Of a stretch of DNA of 64,000 nt, positions 40,390 to 50,465 are shown in pieces (the stretch's first letter is position 1; the number at the start of each line of letters is the position of its first letter). Source of the DNA: Massalongia carnosa (Eukaryota); the NCBI GenBank assembly GCA_965645245.1, contig OZ287078.1, forward strand, positions 1,488,001-1,552,000. Reading direction: 5' to 3'. The notes under the pieces were generated by a model. It had not been told where the DNA came from, did no database searches, and was given only the letters and a program-made list of their open reading frames with translations. The position numbers were made by a program, and so were the translations under genes.

Positions 40390-41655
40390 GATTCCAAAAA
40401 CTCGACGCAAAACCCCGTCATCTTCGGTCGGACACCATTTTCTTCATATTTCGTAGGTGTTCTGGAAAGCAATGTTCACACCCTCCCTTCCCCTCCACTC
40501 ACGCGTCTCAACGAAAAACCCTACGTGGTTGGCTAGATAGCCCGCCCAAGAAATCATCCGTTCAAACGACGGATCGAGACCGTGGTCCATGGCTTCGTCG
40601 ACTGCCGTTGAGATGGTTACCGCATCGCAGCCGCTGTCGCCTCCGGAAAGTATATTCCCCATCCTCTCCCGAGCCGTCGTACAGCCCACTTTCCAATCTT
40701 AATTCACCACGTTTTGCTTCTTCTCTGCAGCGGCGATCGAAAAGCCGCGCGCAGAGGATCGTCAGAAGTAACCATTTGATTCCCTGCACCCCATCGAGAG
40801 AACGAAAAAGAAACACAATGCCTGCTCAAGTCCCTCTACTCTGTACGTCCAAGCTTAACCGTCGCAGGGCTGCGATCGAGAGTGCGGATGGAGTTTTCTA
40901 CTCTCCTATCGAGAAATCTTTTCATCAACGATGCACGGTTTCGCATGCCACACGTGTCGCAGCCGAGTCGCTTCAAAACGCAAAACCCACGATCCACACC
41001 GGTGGGAAAAGGCACTCGTGGGGGAGCGCGTCGGTTGCGTGCGTTTGAACCGCTTCAGTTGGCCTTTTTCCTCCGTCTACATTAGTTAAAGGGCACGCAT
41101 CGAGAACCCTCACGATTTAAATTTCCGAACGCGGATTGGGGAGTCCTGACGCGTTGCCGTGTGCGCGCGCAGGTACTGACTGGAAGCATCTGGACAGGTA
41201 TGTTTGAGAATCCTTCGGGAATCTCGCCGCTTCCATTCCACTGGGGTGCTGAAAGTCCGATCGAGTTACTCTTGCGTAACAAGTTACTGTGCATTTCCAC
41301 TCGCTTCTCGACATGGAAAACAAATATCTTTTGGGGGCTGAAAGTCTATCTCTTCTACTCTGTACTCGAATCCAGAAGAGCCTTACGTAGTCCATCGTGA
41401 AACGTAGAATGCGTGCAACTCTTCCCGTTCCCCTTCTCCCGCTCCCTCTAGTGACCTAACCCCGTTCCGGTTAACTTCGTTAAGCCTCCGATCCATTCCG
41501 CGTCCTAAAAACGCCCCCGCAACCAACCAGTCACTAGTTTACCCCGCTTTCCCGTGCCACGGATTTTCCCCAGGGTCACGATCTGATTAGGGGGAGGGGA
41601 AAGAGTGCGTGATTTACGATGGCGAACGCGATGGTCGATGACGCCGCGGTTTCTG
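40390..41655 (-). ncRNA. Candidate telomerase RNA gene (long structured non-coding RNA, ~1.27 kb)
   Basis: TATA at 41690-41699. The 5' segment pairs with the 3' segment (41637-41652 with 40410-40422; 41593-41612 with 40476-40496). Template-like element at 41572-41592. Multiple internal helices with G-U pairs on the minus strand. Sm-like AGUUUUUGG at 40394-40402 followed by an AU-type 5' splice site and branch point. No credible ORF. Confidence 0.55.
41572..41592 (-). other. Putative telomerase template 5'-CCCUAAUCAGAUCGUGACCCU-3'
   Basis: A 17-nt unit plus a 4-nt terminal redundancy (CCCU at both ends). Contains CCCUAA and lies immediately 3' of a long-range helix strand. Confidence 0.5.
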
Positions 41656-41689
41656 TTGATGTTTGGGAATACGAGGTTGAGAAGGACCG

Positions 41690-41699
41690 TTTTTTTATA
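41690..41699 (-). promoter_or_regulatory. TATA box of the candidate ncRNA
   Basis: TATAAAAAAA on the minus strand, about 40 nt upstream of the first paired segment. Confidence 0.5.
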
Positions 41700-44525
41700 C
41701 TTGGGAGATGGGGAATAGCCAGTATGGATGCTCGATGTGGGTGGTGAGATGGAAGGATGGATTGAACGAAACGTAGAGAGAAAGAGAAAGAGAGAACCAT
41801 CCAACAAGATAACAAAGAAACCGATCTCGATCTCTCCCGACAAGATCCGATAGGTACTCTGTAACAACCTCGTTACGAGTCAACACAAACTCCGCCCCCT
41901 TCCCCGAGTGATCACGAGCCGAGCCAAATCGAATACGAAATCAAATCACAATAAAAAGCAATCACCAAAAAAGAAACAAAAAAAGAAATATGTCACAAAA
42001 GGAGCTCCTATGCGAATCTCCCCCACTTCCCAACCGCCTGCTGCTGCATGAACCCCGAAAACCGACCGGACATGCGGCGGAGACTGGATTGGATTCGAGA
42101 TGAGTATGAAGGAGTAGTAGTGTAGTGGTCTTCTTCTAACTTGCTGCTTGCTGCTTGCTTGCAGCAACGGCGAATACACGTGTGCAGCAGGCCTTGGGAG
42201 GTGGCTTGGGGGTGATAGCACCGCGTTAATATTGTACTCTGTATCAAGGGAAAAGGAGATTGAAGAAGAAGAAGAAGAAGCCGCTGCCGCTGCTTCGGGG
42301 ACCCAGGGATGGGGTGGCGTGCTTTGCTTGCTTGTTTACTTGTCTTGATGAGGCTTATTGTTTGTTGTTTTTGATGTTGTGGTTATTGTTCCTTCATCGT
42401 GGTTGTTGCATGTTCATTTCCCTGCTTCTGTGATGAACATTAAACACACACTCGCCAAAAACAAACCCCTATGCCATCCGAAGCTCTTAACCTCCCCAGT
42501 GCATAGATAAATCCTAACTAACTCGCCTCAAGAAAAGAACAACAAACACTAAGTCACGCCGGCTGGCGCGTGCATGTGTTCATGGAAAGTAGCGAAAAGC
42601 CTAACCTTGAAGGGTTTTTTTTTATTCTTATTTTTTTGGCCCTCGAGGATACGGGAGACTTTTTACGCCGTGCGTAGGGGAAAAGAAAGGAAATTCACAT
42701 CTTTACTTATGTTTTTTTTTTAAAAAGAAAAAAAAAGATTTTGGAGAAATGTCATCGCATGCATCTATGCGGTCGTCATCGTCAAATCATCAACAGACTT
42801 TTTTTATGTCTCGTTAAATAAATATTCCGCCAAACATGCACAATCCATCCCCCTAAAGCGATTATCAAAAAATGAAGCAGATTCTCAGATGTTGATCTAT
42901 CTACCTATCTCTCTACATTAGTTATCTAGCGATCAACATAACCACCTATCTCTTTTTTTTAACGTCCGCCTGGTTTGTTTGAGGCGTTAGAGATGCGTTG
43001 CTCTGGTTTTCCGCAATTTCGGAGACAACGTCTTCAAAGGAGTTCGACAAATGGGCAAACTCCTGCGATTAGTGTTATTTGTACTGCAGGATTAGGTGTT
43101 CGAAGTTTAAATCAGCAAGCAACTGCAGCTTTTCTTCTCTTTTTCTTTTTCCCTCAGTTAACTAATTCCATCCAGTCCCGGCCTGCTCGACATCGACTAC
43201 CCTGGCTTTCTAACAGTCCACGTTCTCTTCCCACTCCCCAAAATCCTACAAGTCATCCACTCCGCTCCGTGTCTAGCAAATTCTCGAGTAAGTTCTTCTG
43301 ATAGATTCTGCTGGAATGTCTCCGGAGGGGGGTTTTCTAACCACTCTGTTTCCTCAACACTTGGTTATACGATTAGCGCAGTTTGAACTGCTTGGTATCT
43401 GGCATATACAGAGGAATATTTTTCCGGGCTTAAGAAGGTTAGGGCGATTATGTCATAGGTGCTTCTTAGTTAATTAGTCTAATGGCCCGGTGGGTGCTTG
43501 TTTTTGATTTTGGGGGGCGGGGAAAGGGAGAAGAAGAAAAAAATTGAACTTTTACTGCTAAACGAAAGAGGAGAAATAGAAAAGAAAAGCAGAAAGGAAA
43601 ATGACGGAAACCCCACAGAAAAAAAGAAGAAATCATTAACTAACAAAACTTGATGAATTGCGAGAACCATTGACGAATTGATGGATATCCATCACCAGAT
43701 GGAAAAAAGAAGAAAAAAGAAAACAACGGACGTACGACAAACAGAACTTCAGTTATGAAGTAATACAGTACATTACCAACTCTCTCAACGATTGATCCAC
43801 CTTACCTTACCTATCCTATCCTACCCACCCCTCAAAAAAATAACAACTATAAAGTTTCCCTCGCGTTCTTCCCGTTCCCCTTCCCCCTTTCGTTTATTTT
43901 AATTTTTATTATTTTATCAAACCCACACCCAGCCATCTACTCTACTTACAGAAGTTACATAGTGTACATATATACCCAGCTATGCATAACCTACTTCTCC
44001 TTCTGCTGACATATCTACCCACCTACGCGAAAACGGACGGGAGGAACGAGGGCAAAAGCGCAGAAGAAACGGTGAAGTGAAGTGAAATTGAAGCGTGGAT
44101 GAACGTACGCACCTACGCGCACACACGCACACCCCCGATGAGCATACCAGTAAAATAGAATAGGTAATGACTGACTGACTGACTGAGTCAGCAGCTTACA
44201 TACCCACAGTAGCCCTAACCAATAGGTAGGTATCTATCTATCCAAGAGAAGAGGGGAGGAAAAGCCCCCCCATCCATTAATCCATCCATCTATCTATTCA
44301 TGAGAAAGTGAGAGAGAGAAGGGGGAAATACGGGATCGGGGATTCGGGAGATTTCTCGAGCGCACGTATATACGTTCTACATACGAGAATCAAGCAACCA
44401 ATCACGAAAGGAAAAGAACATGACCGCAAAAAAGCCCAATCCACACACGCCCCTCCCTTCTACCAGCACCCACCACTAAATACACATCCCCAGCATCTCC
44501 GGTACAGGAAAACTATACCCCCTCT

Positions 44526-45972
44526 CTAACTCTCGCAACCTCCATTCACCATGAAAACTACCTCTTCACACCCCCCTGCCCCCGCCGGGGCCAGGGCCGG
44601 GGCCAGCGGCGGCACCCCAGCAGCATTAACGCCCACCGGAGCTGGCGCTGCTGGAGGAATGCCGCCCGCACCGGCCGGAATGCCCGCTGCGAAGACAGTC
44701 CTGTCAATGCTAACGTTGTACACGATGGCGGCGTCGATCCAGACGGTCTGCGCGTTGGGGATGACGTCGAGGCTGTGCTCCTCCTGTAGCCCCCCCCTGC
44801 AGCTCGTCTTGCGGATTGCCCTGGGTTTCGGGGTCTGTGGACACGGGCGCTGGTGGAGGCCATGAGGTGGGTGCTTAGGGGAGGGGATTGGACGGTGAGG
44901 AAGCTGGTGAAGCGGATTATGAAGCTTGGGGAAGTGGAGGGGGAGGGGGGGTCAGTTCCTGTTCCTTTTTCGAAATAGGGAAATGAAGACGTTTTTGGGG
45001 AGGGGGGGATGAAGACTTGGGAGGTGTGTTGAAGATGTGAAGGTTTGTGACTCACAACACGTAGTAGGCGTAATCCTGAGCGTCCAGGCTCGCTTGTAAG
45101 GGGTCCAGCATCCAACACGGGTTGACGTCGAAGACGTTGGCTGCGCCGGGCCCGGTGGCGTAAACGTAGAATTGTAAGCTCCCACGAAATAGCACGTATA
45201 TCTGGGAACCTTTGATGTTCGTGATGCCGGTGCCGAGGAAGCGATCATGGGCCGTGTTGGTGGTCAAGCACAGATTGGCTGCAGGCGCAACGGCCAAGCT
45301 CCAGAAGGAGGGGTAGAGCACAATGATCTGGGTGCCACTGAAAGGTGGTGCGGAGCTGGTCATGTCGGACGTCATACATGTCGACTGGCTGGCCGTCGGG
45401 CATGGAGAATCTCACCTTGGCATAGGTGGACACGCAGACGAGAGAGGGCGAGAAGGAGCAGTGCTAGGATTTGATAGGATAGCGGTCCCAGCGATGACAT
45501 TTGTGTTCAAGCTCTGAGCATATGGAAGTTAAGAAGCGTCTTTGAACTAGGTTTGGAGGGTCGGTCTTGGGGACTTGGCCGCAAGGTCGGCGATCGCGGG
45601 GATGAGGGTATTGTAGAGGAGGCTGAGTGCGTCAGCGAGTCGAGTGGCGTTTGCACCGCATTTGTAAATTGCATAGTTGCCGCTGAGAAATGGGGGGGTG
45701 AATGCGGCTGGAGCTTGGGATAGGAATTGTTATGTGATCACACCGAATGTGATTTTACCCACCTGCGGGCACGAGGGCTGCTGGAGCAGCGGCCGGAGAA
45801 GCTGGATTTACAGCCTTAAGGATTCGAGCTGGAACTGGTGAAATTTTGGGGAAGTGGCGGCGCGAATAAAGCAACTAGATTTCACCTTAGCACTTATCTC
45901 ACAGAGCTAACAGTCTTCAACACGAACTTACACAAGAATCCGAAAACAACTCGCACACGTGGGCCCAAGCAT
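44526..45972 (-). pseudogene. Degenerate gene of a probable secreted zinc-metallopeptidase-like (HExxH, M35-like) family
   Basis: Spliced reading YAIYKCG...LIPAIADL...QT*FKDAS*LP has in-frame stops at 45547-45549 and 45529-45531, followed by frameshifts. Later segments IIVLYPSFW, QIYVLFRGSLQFYV (where HExxH is expected) and AQDYAYYV. The family assignment is inferred from motif spacing. Confidence 0.5.
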
Positions 45973-47005
45973 ATTTACGTATTACGAATTCGTGATTATA
46001 TAGGTAGATTTTTTTCGGGATGGTGGCTATTGCAAGAGCGCATCGAGAGGTGAGACTGGGTTTGTAAGAGAAAGCCGCGTTGGGCTTTCTTATGTAAATT
46101 GTCTGAAACCCGCGACCTGAACATGGCGGTGCTTCTGCCCCGCGGTCGCGATAGGATCGATAATCTAACCGTGGACTCTGTGATGCTCCCGTGAAGCATA
46201 TTTTCGATAATAGGGACGGATATTTGTCAAAACGTGTCGACTTGGCTTAGAGGGCAGAAGGCTTATGTATTGTTTAGAGAAGATGAGATAGCGACGCCAA
46301 AAGACCCACTGTCAATTGGTGAGACGGAGTTGTGGACACATCACCGGTTCTAAATGGTCAGAAGAGCTGATTTGGTAGGAGAACTGGAGAGAAATAGATG
46401 AGCGCAATCAATCCGAGAACTCGGTTTCATTTGACCAGATATTTTTCTTGAATACAACAAGGGCTGGAAACAATCAAGCTTCAGAATGACAAGAAAAGTA
46501 CGTGCAGGTCTGCTGCAGCTATTAAATGTTCAACATCTTCCCAAGACCGTCATCTTTGTTTGGATGCTTACGCGCATTTCATATCAACGTAAAAAGTCGG
46601 ATATTTTTGATCTTCAAATGAAGGCGAGAACATATGGAAGAGAGATTTGCATCAATAAAATTTGGTCAAACTAATAAAACAAAACTCCAAACAAGAAAAA
46701 AGAGAATAAGAGATCATGGCGACTTTTAGGTAGTTGTTTGTGGCAGGGATATGAAAACAGCCTTTTCACCTGATTTTCAGGGCAAGGTCCACTATCATGT
46801 TTGATGTAAACAGATTAGCAGATCTATGACTAGTCTCAGGATAAGTTTGATTGAAGGTTTTTGATATAACACTGAAAAGTTCTAAGAAAGGTTTCGAAAA
46901 AGACCCGATACAAATAGTGAGAACAGAAAACATATAGACTTGGTTCCGCTGTGAAATACGATTTGCCGAAAGAGAGGCTCAAGCTTTTAGAAGTGGTTCA
47001 AAACT

Positions 47006-48485
47006 CTACATTAGAAGTGAAAATTCTTCCTCTAGCTTGAAGACTTCAGATTCTGTCAGTTCTTCTGTAGTGATGAGATCGCTCGCTTTTTCGATGGTGT
47101 TTACATCTACCGGTTGGTCTGTAGCAATAAGATCATTCGCTTCCTGACCTGTAATCAAAGTCCGGCTATTCATCCCCAATAACAAAGAACTTAATCCCGC
47201 TTCAACAAACTGCTCTTCGCCGAGGGAATAAGAAGGTTCCCTATCTTTTTTTAGATGTTCTGGAAGCGCTGAAGGGCGAGGTGGCGCTGACCCCAAAATG
47301 TTTGAAGAATCATGCGCCGAAAAGGCGCCCATTTGCTTCTCCTCAAGAAATTGGTGGAGTCTTGCATGTATTTGGCGATGGTTGGGAAATACTGCATGGC
47401 GAGGTGACGACGACTCCCCGGGAGAAAGAGAGCCAGGCCTTAATAATAGGCTGTGCTTTAATGAAGAGCCTGCATTATGTACGCTAGATCCAAACCTCCT
47501 GTGTTTGGCACGTGATTCCTCATCAGGATATTCGGGAGCTGTCCTATATGAATCTGCAAATGATCCCAACACCGATGGATCTTCCATCAAAGTAGTCTTC
47601 ATTGCATTGATCAATAGGCTTTTGTTTTTTTCGATCATGTCAGGAGTGATCCCCTCTATTCGCAACAGCCTGCCAAGGTTCATCCAAATTTGACGGCCTT
47701 CTGGAGACGAAGCGTCAAGACTATGGGCAATATTAGGCGTCTTTTGCTTCTGCGTTGCCAAGATCTGTGTCAAATGGGCTTCTATGCGGGTTTGAGATTC
47801 TTCAAGATACTGTTGCGATTGCTCTACTTGAGCCAAAGAGCTCACCACACGACCTTGGGAACTCAGCATTCGTTTTTGATTGGATCTAAATTGCAAAACT
47901 CTCAGCTTTGGTGTTGGATATAGGAAAGGAAGCAGTACTGAACTAAAGAAACGTTAAAGGCAGTCAGCTTTCCTATTTCGGCAGCGATGGCACTTTGAAA
48001 TTTAGGTATCTTTTTAGTAAAAAGAGCGTCTCGAAGACGTCTATGCCAGGTAGAAACCCAGTAATAATCCTCAACCCGGTAATAACAATCCTTAACCCGG
48101 TAATAACCCTCATTATCCCAGGGAAGATCCTTCTCAGAAAATCCCCGTAGAGTTTGCTCCAGGTCTTGGTCCGCTCTATCTCAGGATTGAACAAAGCATC
48201 CTTCAGGAGGATCCGCCTATCTTTCAAATTTTGGACTTCACAAATTTCAGCCAGGAGTTGACGGCAGCTTAAATTCATGAGATCGAGGAATTCTGTGTCG
48301 GCAACGCTTAACTCTGATAGCTCGTCTTCCAAAGTCATTGCTACTCACTCTAGAATATTGTGAAATCGTAAAACCTCTATCGCAAAGGATCTGCATGCTT
48401 CCGGTCCAGTTCTTACAACTTCATAAATTTGCCACGCCAGGCGAGAAAAGTAAATTAAATCTGATACGCCGAATCCGAAGCTCAT
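47006..48485 (-). pseudogene. Disrupted HeLo-like/SesA-like N-terminal domain protein, with no NACHT domain seen
   Basis: Starts MSFGFGVSDLIYFSRLAWQIYE, typical of fungal STAND-associated N-terminal helical domains. In-frame TGA at 48345-48347 and a frameshift between about 48180 and 48020 (the needed frame reads KIPKFQSAIAAEIGKLTAFNV up to the intron). Exon 2 carries WMNLGRLLRIEGITPDMI. Confidence 0.7.
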
Positions 48486-49049
48486 TATAGCTTTTTTGCT
48501 CTGTATGTTGATTCCACATGAATCTAAAGGTATAAATCAGTAATCTGGATTCGATGGCGTTGTAAATGCTATCAGTAGACCGAAACAGATCATGACCCCG
48601 CTGGCTGCAAGGCTACCAATTTTCCTCAGGCTGTGTACGGGCTGTATACCCGGAGGCTGATTCATCCTTGGCATTTCATATCGAGAAGGCCTTGACTTTA
48701 CAGTCGAGGCAATAAGAACGAATTCCGCAGTCTTGTAAGCAGCAAAGGCCAGTGGGAGTGTAAGTTATGCTACCAAATAAATCTAAACATTAAAAGAAAG
48801 GAGAGAGGGACGGAGTATCACGTGGATTTCTATGGCATCCCTAGATCTAATCTAGATCTAATCAGATGGAGCTACGGAGTACTCGTGTCTGATGAATCCG
48901 GTTAGTATCGAGCACGGACCACATAGGTCATTTGCAGATTGTCATCTTTCATCTTCAATTTTGGGCTAAGAACATTCCCTTCGTTTCTTGATGTGATCAA
49001 CACTCGCTCAATATAGTTAAATTAACGCATCATAGTAAAAATTACCGTC

Positions 49050-50465
49050 ATGAAGGTTCCGCGAAGGAAACTGTTCTGTCCACGAGCATTCTCGAGTTCT
49101 GTCCCAAGGCGCGAAATCAGAAACCTCGAGGACCTCTCAGATCGCAAGCAACCCAGCTATCACCGTGAGTCTCGCCTTGCTATTTCCTATGCTCTCGCTG
49201 ATACTAGCACTTGGCTGATACTCACAGAGACTCGTGATGTTGATCTGCTCTCTCTACAATGGCCCGCTCCGCTGAGAAATGTTCTCCTGGTGAAGAAGCG
49301 CGATACCCTCGTGGCCATGGAATCCCTCCTCGAATTCGCCAGGCAAGGCCGAATAATACCAAAAGTCCTTCCGCACCTCTCTAATCATGCCTACAGATAT
49401 GTGCACAGCACATATCCTAATATCTCCTTCATCCTCGAGCCCCACGACGCAACCTCCCTTCACGCTTCCCTCCCTTTCCCAATCTACACCACCGGTGCCA
49501 CAAAGGCCACGATACCCTCCATAACATCTCCCCTGGTGCAGAAAGTCGATATAACAGCTACCTTTGGCGGCGACGGCACAATATTACACGCATCCTCCCT
49601 CTTCGCCACCACGACGGACGTACCCCCAATTCTCTCCTTCAGCATGGGCACCCTCGGTTTCCTCGGCGAATGGAAGTTCTCTGAATATAAGCGCGCCTTC
49701 CGAGAAGTCTACATGTCCGGCGCCGACGCTAGCTCTCATCCCTACCTTCAACCACACTCCACACTTCCATCTCCACCTCCCTCAAACCAAAATACAGACT
49801 CCCAACCCCCCCTAACAGGTTGGGAATCCGTCCGAGGGAAAACCATGGGCCCAACGCGCACCTCGCGTGTTCTTCTACGCAACCGGTTAAAAGTCGGTCT
49901 TTATGCCACTACCGACCTCGCAACTCCCACGAGCTCAACCTACGCCCTTAACGAACTCATCCTCCATCGCGGCGCCAGCCCGCACTTGGCACACATATCC
50001 ATCTCAATCCTAGGCCGCCGCCTCACCCACGCCATCGCCGACGGCCTCATTATCAGCACGCCGACTGGAAGCACCGCATACAGCCTCAGCAGCGGCGGCA
50101 GCATCATCCACCCGCTCGTGCCCTCACTGCTGCTAACTCCCATCTGCCCGCGCAGTTTGTCGTTCCGCCCGCTCGTGCTGCCAGGGAACATGCCCATCGC
50201 GTTGCGGTTGGGGGAGGGGAGTCGAGGGGGCGAACTAGAGATGAGCGTCGATGGGGTCAGGAGAGCTGGGGGGGTGGGCCCGGGGACTGAAGTGAGAGTG
50301 TGGGGCGAGGAGGTCGGATTACGGGAAGGCGGGGAGGGGGGGTGGAGAGGGGGCGTACCGTGCCTAGTGCGCGGGGGCGAGGAAGGGGGCGAGAGCTGGG
50401 TCGGCGGCTTGAACGGGCTACTAAAGTTCAACTACCCGTTTGGGGAGGAGGAAGGGGAGCGATAG
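49050..50465 (+). CDS. POS5: Mitochondrial NADH kinase
   Basis: Arg-rich presequence-like N-terminus, TFGGDGTILHA, FSMGTLGFL, ALNE, ADGLIISTPTGSTAYSLSSGG, PICPRSLSFRP, WVGGLNGLLKFN. Introns at 49165-49227 and 49343-49396. Confidence 0.92.
   Translation: MKVPRRKLFCPRAFSSSVPRREIRNLEDLSDRKQPSYHRESRLAISYALADTSTWLILTETRDVDLLSLQWPAPLRNVLLVKKRDTLVAMESLLEFARQGRIIPKVLPHLSNHAYRYVHSTYPNISFILEPHDATSLHASLPFPIYTTGATKATIPSITSPLVQKVDITATFGGDGTILHASSLFATTTDVPPILSFSMGTLGFLGEWKFSEYKRAFREVYMSGADASSHPYLQPHSTLPSPPPSNQNTDSQPPLTGWESVRGKTMGPTRTSRVLLRNRLKVGLYATTDLATPTSSTYALNELILHRGASPHLAHISISILGRRLTHAIADGLIISTPTGSTAYSLSSGGSIIHPLVPSLLLTPICPRSLSFRPLVLPGNMPIALRLGEGSRGGELEMSVDGVRRAGGVGPGTEVRVWGEEVGLREGGEGGWRGGVPCLVRGGEEGGESWVGGLNGLLKFNYPFGEEEGER

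Noticed and set aside
41240..41350. GGGG(T)GCTGAAAGTC motifs suggesting a TPP riboswitch or RNase MRP RNA
   Set aside because: The remaining conserved elements (CUGAGA and the CUGAU..UAAU core for TPP; the P4 partner strand for MRP) were not found.
40444..41400. Short ORFs of 67-146 aa on both strands within the structured locus
   Set aside because: No recognisable motifs and no consistent exon chain. Better explained as chance ORFs in GC-rich structured sequence.
41384..41407. Alternative template-like direct repeat CUACGU..CUACGU, also with a 17-nt period
   Set aside because: It lacks any CCCUAA core and mostly lies inside a predicted helix.
43435..43445. GGTTAGGG (and CCCTAACC near 44213) as canonical TTAGGG templates
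   Set aside because: Only 8-nt matches in low-complexity sequence, with no surrounding helices seen. Worth revisiting if the telomeres prove to be plain TTAGGG.
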